Below, in pieces: positions 10,585-20,349 of a DNA stretch of 64,000 nucleotides (positions are counted from its first letter, which is position 1; every line of letters starts with the position of its first letter). The stretch is taken from IMG/VR virus record IMGVR_UViG_3300020438_004435, one strand, 5' to 3'. Source of the DNA: a virus. Both the position numbers and the translations under genes were made by a program. A model generated the notes under the pieces. The model was not told where the DNA came from and ran no database searches. It was given only the letters and a program-made list of their open reading frames with translations.

Positions 10585-13500
10585 CTATTCGTAGCTTATT
10601 TTAGAGAAATTTCCATTCTTGTTAATATCAATAAGATTATCTACAACATCTCTAACGGAATCCAGGTGACTAATAATCATTAAAAAATCAAATTGAGATT
10701 TTAGAAATGTAAATAGCATAAATAATGAGTTAAGGTTTTCTGAATCTAGGTTTCCTAATCCTTCATCTATAGCAAGAAAATTAGGTCTAGGTAGATTGGA
10801 TATATTTACCAATGCTGTTCTAATAGCAAGCGAAGAAATAAATTTTTCCATTCCTGATGTTAATTCTAATGGCCAGTGTCTATTATCATCATATGCTATA
10901 TGGGTATTAATATTTTTACCATCTAATTCAAACATTATCTTAAATTCCACCATCTGTGCAAGTATATCATTAACTTCCTCTTCTATAATAGGAATTGTTT
11001 TAGATATCAATTCATAAGGTATTCCATCTCTTTGTACTGAATCTATATAATATTCATATGCTTTAGCTTTGATTTCAAATTCAGATGCTTTACTTATTGA
11101 TTCATTTATATTATTCCTGGTAGTCTGTGCTACCTGAATAGAACCGTGAACTGTAAGTAATGTTTCAGCTATTATTTCCTTTTCACTATTGAGACCTGTT
11201 TCCCTGATTCTTAATTCCTTTAGTATTTCAATCTGTTTTTGATTATGTAATATATCCTTTTTATTTTGATGATATTTTTTAATATCATTATTTATCTCCT
11301 GTAATTGGAGTTCGATATTATTTCTTTTTTCCTTTGCTTGATAATATGCTATTCTACCTATTTGTCTTTCTTTTTCAATTGTAGATAATAATAAATTTAT
11401 TTTTTGTATTTTATTATAATCATCTATAATGGCATTATTAGTATTAGAGTATTCTTTAAGATCATTTATTTTTTTATCAATATCTTCAAATAAGGCTTGA
11501 TCTATATCCAATGCTTCCTTTGTTTTATTAGCCGATAGAATATATTCACTTTCTCTATTTCTACAATATTCACAATTAGGATCAAATTCACTATTGGTTT
11601 CTAATTTCTCTAATTTATGAGCTATCTTAATTTTAAGCTTTTCATATTCATTTTCTAATTTAGGTATTTCCTTATTTACTAATAATAATTTATCATACCC
11701 CGTTTCAATATCTTCTATATTATATTCCCCTAAAACGGCAGTAGCTGTTTCAATCTTATCCTTATTAGTCTCTGATATCTTTTCATCGGATTCTAATCTT
11801 TGATTTATTAACTCAATTTCACTTTCTAAATTTTCCTTACTAGAAACCATCGAATCAATATCTTCATTGACCTGATCTATTTTTATTAACTTGCTATCCG
11901 TTTTGGTAATTTTATTTTCTATTGTTTTAATTTTACCTTCTAATGATTTAAGATTCTTTTTTATTTCTATCTTTTTAATCTTACTAGATTCAAGATCAGT
12001 TTCTGCATCAGCTAATTGTTGAGTAAAATCGGTTTTCTTAAATTCTCTCAATATAGCACTTACATCTTTTATTTCCTCATTTGCTGATCTATATAAATCA
12101 TCAAATATATTTATATCCAAAAATTGACCTAATAGATCTTTTCTTTCGGATTGTGACATATCTATAAATCCTGTATTATTATTTTGTACAGATAGTGATG
12201 TTAATATGAAATCTTCATAAAATCCTATATAGGAATTTATAATTTTATTTGTATCATATCTTTGTTCTCCGTTTAATGACACCTCATTATTCTTTTCATC
12301 TAATGTCCAAAAATTAACCTTAACGGTAAATTTACCTTTATGATATCCCTTTAATACCTCATGACCTTTTCTTTCAATAAAATAATCCTTGCCATCAATT
12401 TGAAATTGTAATTTACAATTAAAATTACTTTTCATATTATTCATAACACCTTTAGGATGGGATGCTCTACTACATTTATCAAATAAGCAATATGTTAAAG
12501 CATCCAACATTGCACTCTTACCAGAGGCATTAGGAGCAAATAATCCATATACTCCTTTCATCTTTTCAAAATTAACAGAGTTGTCCGGCCCGTAGCTAAA
12601 CATATTTGAAAATTCAAATTTAATAGGTTTCCATGATACGCTACCAAACATATCTATATTTGATAATTGGCTATTTAATTCCTTGTTAATCTTTTTAATT
12701 GTTTTTATTATATCATCATCCAAGGAATAATTACGTTCAAGATAATCTACAATTAATTTATTTTGAAAATTAGGATCCCTCACATCACCGATACCTGCAT
12801 CTTTTAGATTTCTATTGCCACTCTTTTGATCTAATAGTCTATCCGTTCTTATTATTGATATATCCGATATTTTACATTGTTTTCTTATCTTTGCAAGTAT
12901 CTTTTTTAATTCAGATTGTTCGGTTCTACATGTCTTTATTCTTAATCTAGGATACTTTGGTAAATCAATTTTATTAATAATCTTACCACTATCTATCTCA
13001 AGAGTAATATATGTATAATCATTTATTATTTTAATGAAATCCGATTTTCTTTTCTTTACATCCCATATCATATAACCATGATTGGTAGGGTGTTCACCCC
13101 AATTCTGACATACCAATGATCCTGCATAAGCTATTGATTTCTTTTTATCAAGATATTGTTGTTTATGTATATCTCCTAATAAGACCATATCATAACCATT
13201 AAATATATCCGAGGTAACCTCTCCAGGTAATTTGAATCCTACATCAGTAAAAGCATTTTCTACTGAACCATGATATAGAGCTATCTTTGTTTTATCGGTT
13301 TTTATATTTTTTGATAATATATAATCCTCTGGTTGATTGAATACTGACATTACATTAAATGCGCAATCTCCTAATTCATATATACCATTATCCCTGAGGT
13401 AATAAAAATTATCCAAATTAAGGGAATCTACTATCGGAGATAATGCATCCAACCTACTTTTATTATTTAGATTACAATCGTGATTACCAGCTATAAGAAT

Positions 13501-13767
13501 AGTAGGTCTTATCTTTGAAAGATTAGTAAATAAATCGGAAACCATTTGTATAAGTTCAGGAGACATTTCAGTCTTGGCATGAACAATATCTCCAGCAAGA
13601 TATATAATAGAATTTTTAGGTAAATTTCTAGTTGATAAATCTTTATATAATTTTCTAAATACCTGTCTATATTCCTTATGTCTTTTAAGATTTCTAATAT
13701 GTACATCTGCTATATGTATAATAGTATCTATATTATCAAATCCTATATCAATTTTCTTCACCATCAA
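10585..13767 (-). CDS. Mre11/SbcD nuclease - Rad50/SbcC ATPase fusion (T4 gp47/gp46-like recombination nuclease)
   Basis: N-terminal metallophosphoesterase motifs (IADVH, AGDIVH, IAGNHD, LGDIH); Walker A APNASGKS; long coiled coil; signature LTSGMEK; Walker B/D-loop AIDEGLGNLD; H-loop IISH. Confidence 0.93.
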   Translation of the reverse strand: MMVKKIDIGFDNIDTIIHIADVHIRNLKRHKEYRQVFRKLYKDLSTRNLPKNSIIYLAGDIVHAKTEMSPELIQMVSDLFTNLSKIRPTILIAGNHDCNLNNKSRLDALSPIVDSLNLDNFYYLRDNGIYELGDCAFNVMSVFNQPEDYILSKNIKTDKTKIALYHGSVENAFTDVGFKLPGEVTSDIFNGYDMVLLGDIHKQQYLDKKKSIAYAGSLVCQNWGEHPTNHGYMIWDVKKRKSDFIKIINDYTYITLEIDSGKIINKIDLPKYPRLRIKTCRTEQSELKKILAKIRKQCKISDISIIRTDRLLDQKSGNRNLKDAGIGDVRDPNFQNKLIVDYLERNYSLDDDIIKTIKKINKELNSQLSNIDMFGSVSWKPIKFEFSNMFSYGPDNSVNFEKMKGVYGLFAPNASGKSAMLDALTYCLFDKCSRASHPKGVMNNMKSNFNCKLQFQIDGKDYFIERKGHEVLKGYHKGKFTVKVNFWTLDEKNNEVSLNGEQRYDTNKIINSYIGFYEDFILTSLSVQNNNTGFIDMSQSERKDLLGQFLDINIFDDLYRSANEEIKDVSAILREFKKTDFTQQLADAETDLESSKIKKIEIKKNLKSLEGKIKTIENKITKTDSKLIKIDQVNEDIDSMVSSKENLESEIELINQRLESDEKISETNKDKIETATAVLGEYNIEDIETGYDKLLLVNKEIPKLENEYEKLKIKIAHKLEKLETNSEFDPNCEYCRNRESEYILSANKTKEALDIDQALFEDIDKKINDLKEYSNTNNAIIDDYNKIQKINLLLSTIEKERQIGRIAYYQAKEKRNNIELQLQEINNDIKKYHQNKKDILHNQKQIEILKELRIRETGLNSEKEIIAETLLTVHGSIQVAQTTRNNINESISKASEFEIKAKAYEYYIDSVQRDGIPYELISKTIPIIEEEVNDILAQMVEFKIMFELDGKNINTHIAYDDNRHWPLELTSGMEKFISSLAIRTALVNISNLPRPNFLAIDEGLGNLDSENLNSLFMLFTFLKSQFDFLMIISHLDSVRDVVDNLIDINKNGNFSKISYE

Positions 13768-14681
13768 ACTCCCATTATTTTCATTTGCATTAAATCCATC
13801 TGAGTCATTAATTTTGTATCCTTTATAATCTTTGTAATTTTACCAAATCCTAAATCACTAGGATCTTGTTCTTCCAAATCTACAAGATATACATTTATAC
13901 CATTATTATAAAAATATTCACAAACATCAAGTGCCTTCTTTCTCGCGTCCTTATCCAATGCTACATAAATATTTTTTACTTTATTTTCCACTACCATCTT
14001 TTTTAATTTATCTAAAACTAATTTTCCAAATAATGGTATTACATTTCTTTTTACCGCCATTGCATCAAATACGCCCTCTACCAATACAATAGGTTCCTGC
14101 CAATTAATATACAATTCAAATCCTATAATATCTTTTGATACCTGAGGATTTTTATGTTTGAAGGGTGCTTCCTTATAATAAGATCTACCTGTAAAGAAAT
14201 TTAATTCTCCATTGGTATCATAACTAGGGATTATTACCATTTTAGTATAAGGCCCATTCTCGCAATAACCTATATCATATTTTAATATATCTTCCTTTGT
14301 AACATTTCTATTTCTCAAATAATGTAGTGCATTACGAAATTCAGGATTATTTTTTTCTACATTTGTTAATTTTTTATATTCCAAAGGCAAATTTATATTA
14401 TCATATTTTTTATCCGATTTTGGATTATAATTTGAATCGCCAGTATAATCATTTAACTTTTCAAAAACCTTTTTAGATGCTTTTAATTTTCGAAAGAGTT
14501 GATATATCTTTCTTCCCTTAGCACCACATACCCAACATTGCCATAGTTGAGTATTAAGATTTATCTGTAACTTCTTTTTATGGTGATGACAGAATGGGCA
14601 ATGAAATGCTGTTTCCTCATTTCTTAATTTTTTACCCTTTCCTAATAGTGATTCAATTAGTGTAAGTAATTTATTAATCAT
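13764..14681 (-). CDS. DNA primase (Zn finger + TOPRIM)
   Basis: CPFCHH...WQCWVCG zinc finger; TOPRIM motifs LVEGVFDA and VALDKDA. Confidence 0.9.
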   Translation of the reverse strand: MINKLLTLIESLLGKGKKLRNEETAFHCPFCHHHKKKLQINLNTQLWQCWVCGAKGRKIYQLFRKLKASKKVFEKLNDYTGDSNYNPKSDKKYDNINLPLEYKKLTNVEKNNPEFRNALHYLRNRNVTKEDILKYDIGYCENGPYTKMVIIPSYDTNGELNFFTGRSYYKEAPFKHKNPQVSKDIIGFELYINWQEPIVLVEGVFDAMAVKRNVIPLFGKLVLDKLKKMVVENKVKNIYVALDKDARKKALDVCEYFYNNGINVYLVDLEEQDPSDLGFGKITKIIKDTKLMTQMDLMQMKIMGV

Positions 14682-15016
14682 TTATCTTTTATTAATTCAA
14701 CAAATTCCTCTAAGCGAATTGCTACATATGTTTTTGTTCTATTTCTTTTGAAAACAATTGCAGGTTCATATTCAGAAGCATTTGCCTCTGCCTGTTCAAT
14801 TGCTGACCATATGTTTAATCTTTCTTGATTTTTGCATTCGAATGAATATGGAATTTTGGTTCTTGCAAGAGGGCTTAATTGGATATCTTCTCCTGATTGC
14901 CCCATACCTGTTGAACGTATATCATCCGGCTGTAATTCCGTAAATGATTCTACTAATAGAGATGCAACTCTTTGTTGCAATCTTCTTCCTTTTGCTTTTG
15001 CTGATGATGTCTTCAT
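14678..15016 (-). CDS. Holliday junction resolvase-like PD-(D/E)XK nuclease
   Basis: KAKGRRLQQRVA...GEDI...FECKNQE pattern of phage Hjc-like resolvases; adjacent to primase. Confidence 0.75.
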   Translation of the reverse strand: MKTSSAKAKGRRLQQRVASLLVESFTELQPDDIRSTGMGQSGEDIQLSPLARTKIPYSFECKNQERLNIWSAIEQAEANASEYEPAIVFKRNRTKTYVAIRLEEFVELIKDK

Positions 15017-15034
15017 AACTTGTCCCTTTGATTA

Positions 15035-15068
15035 ATATAATATACAAAAATAATTTGTAATAACCAAA
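15035..15068 (-). promoter_or_regulatory. Bacteroidota-type promoter (representative of ~14 copies in the window)
   Basis: Minus strand TTGG-N~19-TTTGTATATTAT, resembling the Bacteroidota -33/-7 (TTG...TAnnTTTG) architecture. Similar motifs precede genes at ~35455, 36072, 37625, 38697, 44003, 48011, 48118, 48335, 51657, 55355, 55880, 61790 and 62400. Confidence 0.65.
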
Positions 15069-15070
15069 TA

Positions 15071-18000
15071 TTATCGGTCAAATCTAACTACAAATGTAGT
15101 GTCTACATTATTAAGTTTTTGTATAGGTTTTGCTAATTTTGCTACTGCTAATAATCGTAATTCGTCATCATATAAACCTACTGTAGTAACATATGGTTTG
15201 AATGATGGATTTTTAGCTAATGAATCTACCTCACTAGTATCCGCTCTACCATCCTTACGTATTGATGGATTCATTGTTAAATTATAATCTGATGCTTTGA
15301 CTAGACATTTAACTTTTTGTTCGTATAATGTAGTTGTGCCTTCAAATCTAATTCTAAAATTTTCTGAGAATAATCCTGTTTCATTATTATTTACCACTGC
15401 CCCATCTTCATGTAATGATCCTGAAAAGTATCTTGGATAGTTGTTAGATAGTGCAGCCATACCATGACCATAGAACATATTTCCTACAGCATCATTATGA
15501 TAAGCTTTAGATTCCCTCCAACTATTATCTCTTAATGCATCCATCTGTTTCTGAATTAAACATGTATCATAAAATCTAACCTCATCTAAACTTCCAGACC
15601 AAGGATTTTTTCTATCACCCCTTGCTCCAAAGAATAAATCGGAATTATTATGTATTTGATATTTGGTATAGTCTCTTACCTCATCCATTAAATATCCATC
15701 CTGCCATAATTGTAAAAAGAATCCTTTCTTTTGAAATACAATATGATGCCATTTTCTTGGAGTTAATGGTATCTTTGATTCTACATAAACATCATTAACA
15801 CCATCGCTTCTACCTGCACTAATAGTATTAATTTTTAATTCACAACTTTCATGATTATTATTTCTCAAACGAATATGAAATGGAAATTTATTTAACATAT
15901 CCTGTTTAGTATCTTCAGTAAATATTTCTCTAGTAACTGAATTTTCAAATGATAATTTTCCTAAACCGGCTTTTATTATTATGTCACACCAATCCGTTCC
16001 ATTACCACTTCCTGAAAAATGACATCCACAATCACTAGGAGCATTGCCTGATATAGTATGTGTCGCATCTGCATTTCCTTCTGGTGTAGGATAATGTCCA
16101 CCTGAAGAGGTTACATGACCATGCCCATAATACATTACATTTGGATGATCTTCCTGTTGTTCAGGTATTTTAATCCAGCATGATATAGCAAACTCATCAT
16201 TTTTTCTAAAATTAATTTCATCATAATGATCAATACGAATACTACTTGTAAATGTCCCTTTTGTAAATCTAGGAATATAATTTCCTCTACCCATTCTACC
16301 GCGATATGAATTATTAAATCTTGCTGCGAAGCCAGAAGGCACATCTGTATAATAATAATTTATTGCTTTCGTATTCCAATTACTTCCACTTTGTTCAGTT
16401 ACCCTTATACCATCCACAAAAGATACATTTTGTGTTATACCTGTTTTTTCATAAACATATTTATCGGTTCCTGTATTAATAGAGGATGTAAATATCTTTG
16501 TTCCAAAATTAGCTTGATTATTTTTAAGACTTCCTCTACTGCCTAATCTTCTTCCCTTCTGTCTATACTTTTCATTGAAGCCCCAATAGCCAATTAAATT
16601 ACTCATAGATACAAATGAACCTGTAGGTATATTTCTATCTCTTAAATTTCCTTTACCATCATCATATACATCAATAGAGGCCGTTACTGGAGGGACATTA
16701 TCCATATCCATATCAGCATATCGCCAAAGATTATCTGTTCTTTCTCTGCTTAATGTACTTCCAAAAAATCTTATATCATCATATGAACCAGACCAATTAC
16801 CTTCTTTAGGTTCTATCGTATGTGTAAATTTATCATCCGTGATTGCACTGGCACTACATCCTAATACTATATGTCTATGATATTGATTAGAAGACGTTAC
16901 ATTAGTAAATGATATTTCTTCACCAGTTGATCCACTTCCAACCGAAGCACCTTGACCACCAGCCTGCATGAATGATGAGGATTCATATACTGAAAATCCT
17001 CTAGGGTCGGTAGGGTCTTTATGATAAATTCTTAATCTTGTTTCTCCAGAATAACCCCATGCTGGTAATTGTTTATATTTACCAACAGTAAGTAAATCAT
17101 CATTCTCCATCGATCCTGATGTTCCTATATGTGGCATAAATTTTTGTGTGAGCGTAACCAAATTCCATGAACCTGAAGTAAGATATAATCCTTGATCAAT
17201 TGCACTAACATTATTTGTAGTTGTAGCATTACTAGATGACGCTCCCCAATACATTTGCAATCCAACCCTTCCATTTGGTGCATCGAATGAACCAGTTAAT
17301 TGTCTCAATTCAAAATACTTATGTCTATCTCTAGATATAATAACCGAACCTGAATGTGTTCCATTTAGATCTACATTAACGGGTGTTGCAGAATGGCTTT
17401 CGTATCCAGGAGCAGCTCCAGGTTTTAACCACATTGTAATAGTATATTCCTGAGAACCTGTTAATGTAAAAAGATCTGGTCCTGTAAATCCTGCTGCTGA
17501 TGAAGCAGTAAAGAATGATTGAGATGGAATTAAAATTGCTCCGCAATTATTAGTAGTCTTCATTGATCCTGATCCCACTCTAGAAGAAGGGGTATCATTG
17601 GCTGGGCCATTAAAAAAGTTATAATTATTTTCACTGTTACTACTAGTAAATGTAGAAGCAAAAGGAGTGTTACCTATATACTCTATAGATGATGTTAATA
17701 GCATATTTGTATTACCACCATTACTATCTATAGAAGATGTTTCGAATTTCCAATGACCTAATAATCGTGAACCAGTAGAATCCCAATTAAGATTTGTCAT
17801 ATAATGATCGGTTAATCTAAATGAACTTTTCTTTACCTGCTCGTCATATATAAATGATGGTATGGATATGGTACGAATTTTTTCGTATATAAATCTTTCT
17901 TCATCCTCAGGAACACTTGTTCCAAAATTTTCCGATGGATTGTTTGGTCTTTCATAATATAAATGATTTTGAGAATCCCATATAATAGATTTATATAATC

Positions 18001-18196
18001 CGTTACTATTGGTTGCCTCAAATTTTATATCCTTACCACGTCTAGTATCAGCAAATGAATATGAATGATAATTACCTTCCAACATCTGAACACCATAGCT
18101 GGCAGAATAATTACTGGCATTAATTAGCCAATTCTTATGAACCTGAAATGGTGTTACCTTTACGTCGTTTGATGCTATTTTTTTATATACTGACAT
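15071..18196 (-). CDS. Virion structural protein with LamG/ConA-like domains and a tail-collar-like C-terminus
   Basis: LamG-type motifs (TITMWLK, WNLVTL, WHHIVFQK, WSGSLDEVRFY); C-terminus YVTTVGLYDDELRLLAVAKLAKP. Confidence 0.7.
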   Translation of the reverse strand: MSVYKKIASNDVKVTPFQVHKNWLINASNYSASYGVQMLEGNYHSYSFADTRRGKDIKFEATNSNGLYKSIIWDSQNHLYYERPNNPSENFGTSVPEDEERFIYEKIRTISIPSFIYDEQVKKSSFRLTDHYMTNLNWDSTGSRLLGHWKFETSSIDSNGGNTNMLLTSSIEYIGNTPFASTFTSSNSENNYNFFNGPANDTPSSRVGSGSMKTTNNCGAILIPSQSFFTASSAAGFTGPDLFTLTGSQEYTITMWLKPGAAPGYESHSATPVNVDLNGTHSGSVIISRDRHKYFELRQLTGSFDAPNGRVGLQMYWGASSSNATTTNNVSAIDQGLYLTSGSWNLVTLTQKFMPHIGTSGSMENDDLLTVGKYKQLPAWGYSGETRLRIYHKDPTDPRGFSVYESSSFMQAGGQGASVGSGSTGEEISFTNVTSSNQYHRHIVLGCSASAITDDKFTHTIEPKEGNWSGSYDDIRFFGSTLSRERTDNLWRYADMDMDNVPPVTASIDVYDDGKGNLRDRNIPTGSFVSMSNLIGYWGFNEKYRQKGRRLGSRGSLKNNQANFGTKIFTSSINTGTDKYVYEKTGITQNVSFVDGIRVTEQSGSNWNTKAINYYYTDVPSGFAARFNNSYRGRMGRGNYIPRFTKGTFTSSIRIDHYDEINFRKNDEFAISCWIKIPEQQEDHPNVMYYGHGHVTSSGGHYPTPEGNADATHTISGNAPSDCGCHFSGSGNGTDWCDIIIKAGLGKLSFENSVTREIFTEDTKQDMLNKFPFHIRLRNNNHESCELKINTISAGRSDGVNDVYVESKIPLTPRKWHHIVFQKKGFFLQLWQDGYLMDEVRDYTKYQIHNNSDLFFGARGDRKNPWSGSLDEVRFYDTCLIQKQMDALRDNSWRESKAYHNDAVGNMFYGHGMAALSNNYPRYFSGSLHEDGAVVNNNETGLFSENFRIRFEGTTTLYEQKVKCLVKASDYNLTMNPSIRKDGRADTSEVDSLAKNPSFKPYVTTVGLYDDELRLLAVAKLAKPIQKLNNVDTTFVVRFDR

Positions 18197-18220
18197 TCTT
18201 ACCCTTAAATATTAAACCCT

Positions 18221-18233
18221 CTATAATAAATAT
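18221..18233 (-). promoter_or_regulatory. Candidate late promoter core ATATTTATTATAG
   Basis: An identical 13-mer occurs at 20315-20327; variants at 29938-29950, 32398-32409 and 41852-41862. Each lies just upstream of a minus-strand gene; the first three precede tail/baseplate-block genes. Confidence 0.5.
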
Positions 18234-18285
18234 AAAGGGTTCAAAAAGTTTATCTATCATAAGCATTTTATATGATTATAATATA

Positions 18286-19593
18286 TTAAAAATCAAGTTT
18301 AACTTTTATTAGGGCTTCTCTATCAAAAGATTTTATTAACGGCTTACTTAATTTAGCTACTGCTAATAATTCTTGTTTATCGTTATACAATCCAACAGTA
18401 GTTACATATGATTTTGGATTATTCACCATAGAGTTATGTCTTAATGCTCCTAATGATCCTGTAGTAAATGTAGGATTGTTACTAAAGTTATAGTCTGCAT
18501 TCTTAACCCTTACGTAATAGAATGTTGATGTAACCTCTTCCTCATTTCTTGCTGCAAAACCATATGTAGTCTTTGCTGAATCATTTGGAGATATAGATCC
18601 ACTAATTGATTCAAATAAAACTCTATTCATTTGGCAATCAGCTCCTGAAGCGGATACTGCTACACCAAAATTATTATTAGGACCTGTTAATCCGAAATCT
18701 TCTCTTAACATTCCAGCGTGCATTATTAAAACACCTAAATCTGGATATACTAATCCATATCCTTTTGTGTTACCTGTATAAGCTCCATTTGCAATGGTTC
18801 CACTTACTATATTATAAACTCTCTTACCATCTGTAATAGTAGCATTGGATGCACCACTATCATCAATAAGTTTTATAATTGGTTTATCTGTAGTTAATAC
18901 TCCTGCTGATCCACCAGTATTGAATTCCATACCATTACCGATACTACCACTTAAACATAATTCCCAATTACCTGGATCTAATTTTTCTTTAAGTCTTGAA
19001 CGTTGTATATTAATTACATATATTTCATTTGCATTTCTACTATTCTTCATAGTGAAGTTTGAATCACCTGGTGCTAGTAGTAAATTTCTATATTGACCAT
19101 ATATAGCCTTGGTAGGATAATCACTATCATTTATAACACTACCACTACCTGCTATGTGACCATATCCAATTGCAAATTGAACTGAAGATCCAACTGAGGT
19201 AGATGAGCTTTGATAAACATCCCAGTAATATTTTCCTGCATTGGATCCAGTCTGTGTGGATGATGTATGGAATGTATTCAATTCACCTGAACCTGCAGAC
19301 CATAATCCTGCTGTAATGGTTTCCTTTCTATTTTCTATAATATCAGCTGCTGGATCAAATCTTGAATAAATTTTACCTGTAGATGTTCTTGCTTCAAATT
19401 GATCTCTTTCACGAATTATTTGAGTAGCTAATTTTTGTGCTTCTCTAATAATTGCTCCTTGAGCATTATCCGTTGCAGAAGGAAGGCCTGCAGCTTCTCT
19501 TTGCTCCTCTCTAACATTTGCGAGTTCTTGCTCGAGAACCTGTCTGTCTCTTTCAACCTCGCCTGCTGGTCTTGCTTGGTTTGTTCTTGCCAT
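18286..19593 (-). CDS. Virion structural protein (tail/baseplate-associated)
   Basis: 435 aa in the tail block; C-terminus YVTTVGLYNDKQELLAVAKLSKP is paralogous to that of 15071..18196. Confidence 0.6.
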   Translation of the reverse strand: MARTNQARPAGEVERDRQVLEQELANVREEQREAAGLPSATDNAQGAIIREAQKLATQIIRERDQFEARTSTGKIYSRFDPAADIIENRKETITAGLWSAGSGELNTFHTSSTQTGSNAGKYYWDVYQSSSTSVGSSVQFAIGYGHIAGSGSVINDSDYPTKAIYGQYRNLLLAPGDSNFTMKNSRNANEIYVINIQRSRLKEKLDPGNWELCLSGSIGNGMEFNTGGSAGVLTTDKPIIKLIDDSGASNATITDGKRVYNIVSGTIANGAYTGNTKGYGLVYPDLGVLIMHAGMLREDFGLTGPNNNFGVAVSASGADCQMNRVLFESISGSISPNDSAKTTYGFAARNEEEVTSTFYYVRVKNADYNFSNNPTFTTGSLGALRHNSMVNNPKSYVTTVGLYNDKQELLAVAKLSKPLIKSFDREALIKVKLDF

Positions 19594-19611
19594 ATCTTAT
19601 CTACCTATTTT

Positions 19612-20289
19612 TTATCTAGCAACGATGTCACCACCTGATGTTGCTACTTCTTGTTTATTAACGGTTAAAGTGATTGTTGTTCTACCTCCAGTTTCATTAC
19701 CTATAATAGTAATGGTTGCTGTTTGTTTAGCAATCGGCTGATTCTTAGCTACAATATTAAATGCAAATCCTACTGCAGTAATACTTTGAGCTGATTCATC
19801 ATCACCTATAAATGTTGGAACAGTTGCTTGTGCTAATAATGCACTTTGAACTGGTTCTGCTACATCAACAAATGCTACATCTGAATTACTTAATATAGCT
19901 GTATATCCTAGTGTAGAATTTCCTCCTTCAAAATTGGAAGTGTTAGGTCTAACAATTACCGCATCTCCACCTGCTACTAATGTAAGCGAAGTTTGTGGAA
20001 CTGTAACCACAGGAATTCTTGTAGTCCTCTTTCTTAATGTAACCAACTTGTATTTCATTATTTGTGTTTCGTCTGGTATAGCTTCAATCAACGGCATGTT
20101 GTCTATTGCTATCCCATAATAATTTGTTCCCAGCGGATGTGCTGGATTCCATAACGTATAATCAATTTCATCATCAGCTAGTGCAAACTGCGTGATTCTA
20201 AATTCATCAGCTCCTTTAGCTAATATTTCTCGCCCCTTCTTAGTAAGAATGGCGTCTACTGTAATTGATGTATTGTCTAAATATCCCAT
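19612..20289 (-). CDS. Putative tail/baseplate structural protein
   Basis: N-terminus ILTKKGREILA...ITQFALADDE resembles tail-collar fibre N-termini; followed by an Ig-like beta-rich region. Confidence 0.5.
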   Translation of the reverse strand: MGYLDNTSITVDAILTKKGREILAKGADEFRITQFALADDEIDYTLWNPAHPLGTNYYGIAIDNMPLIEAIPDETQIMKYKLVTLRKRTTRIPVVTVPQTSLTLVAGGDAVIVRPNTSNFEGGNSTLGYTAILSNSDVAFVDVAEPVQSALLAQATVPTFIGDDESAQSITAVGFAFNIVAKNQPIAKQTATITIIGNETGGRTTITLTVNKQEVATSGGDIVAR

Positions 20290-20349
20290 TTGTAATTCCC
20301 CTTATTTTGTATGTCTATAATAAATATTACCATTTGTAAAAAACCAAGA

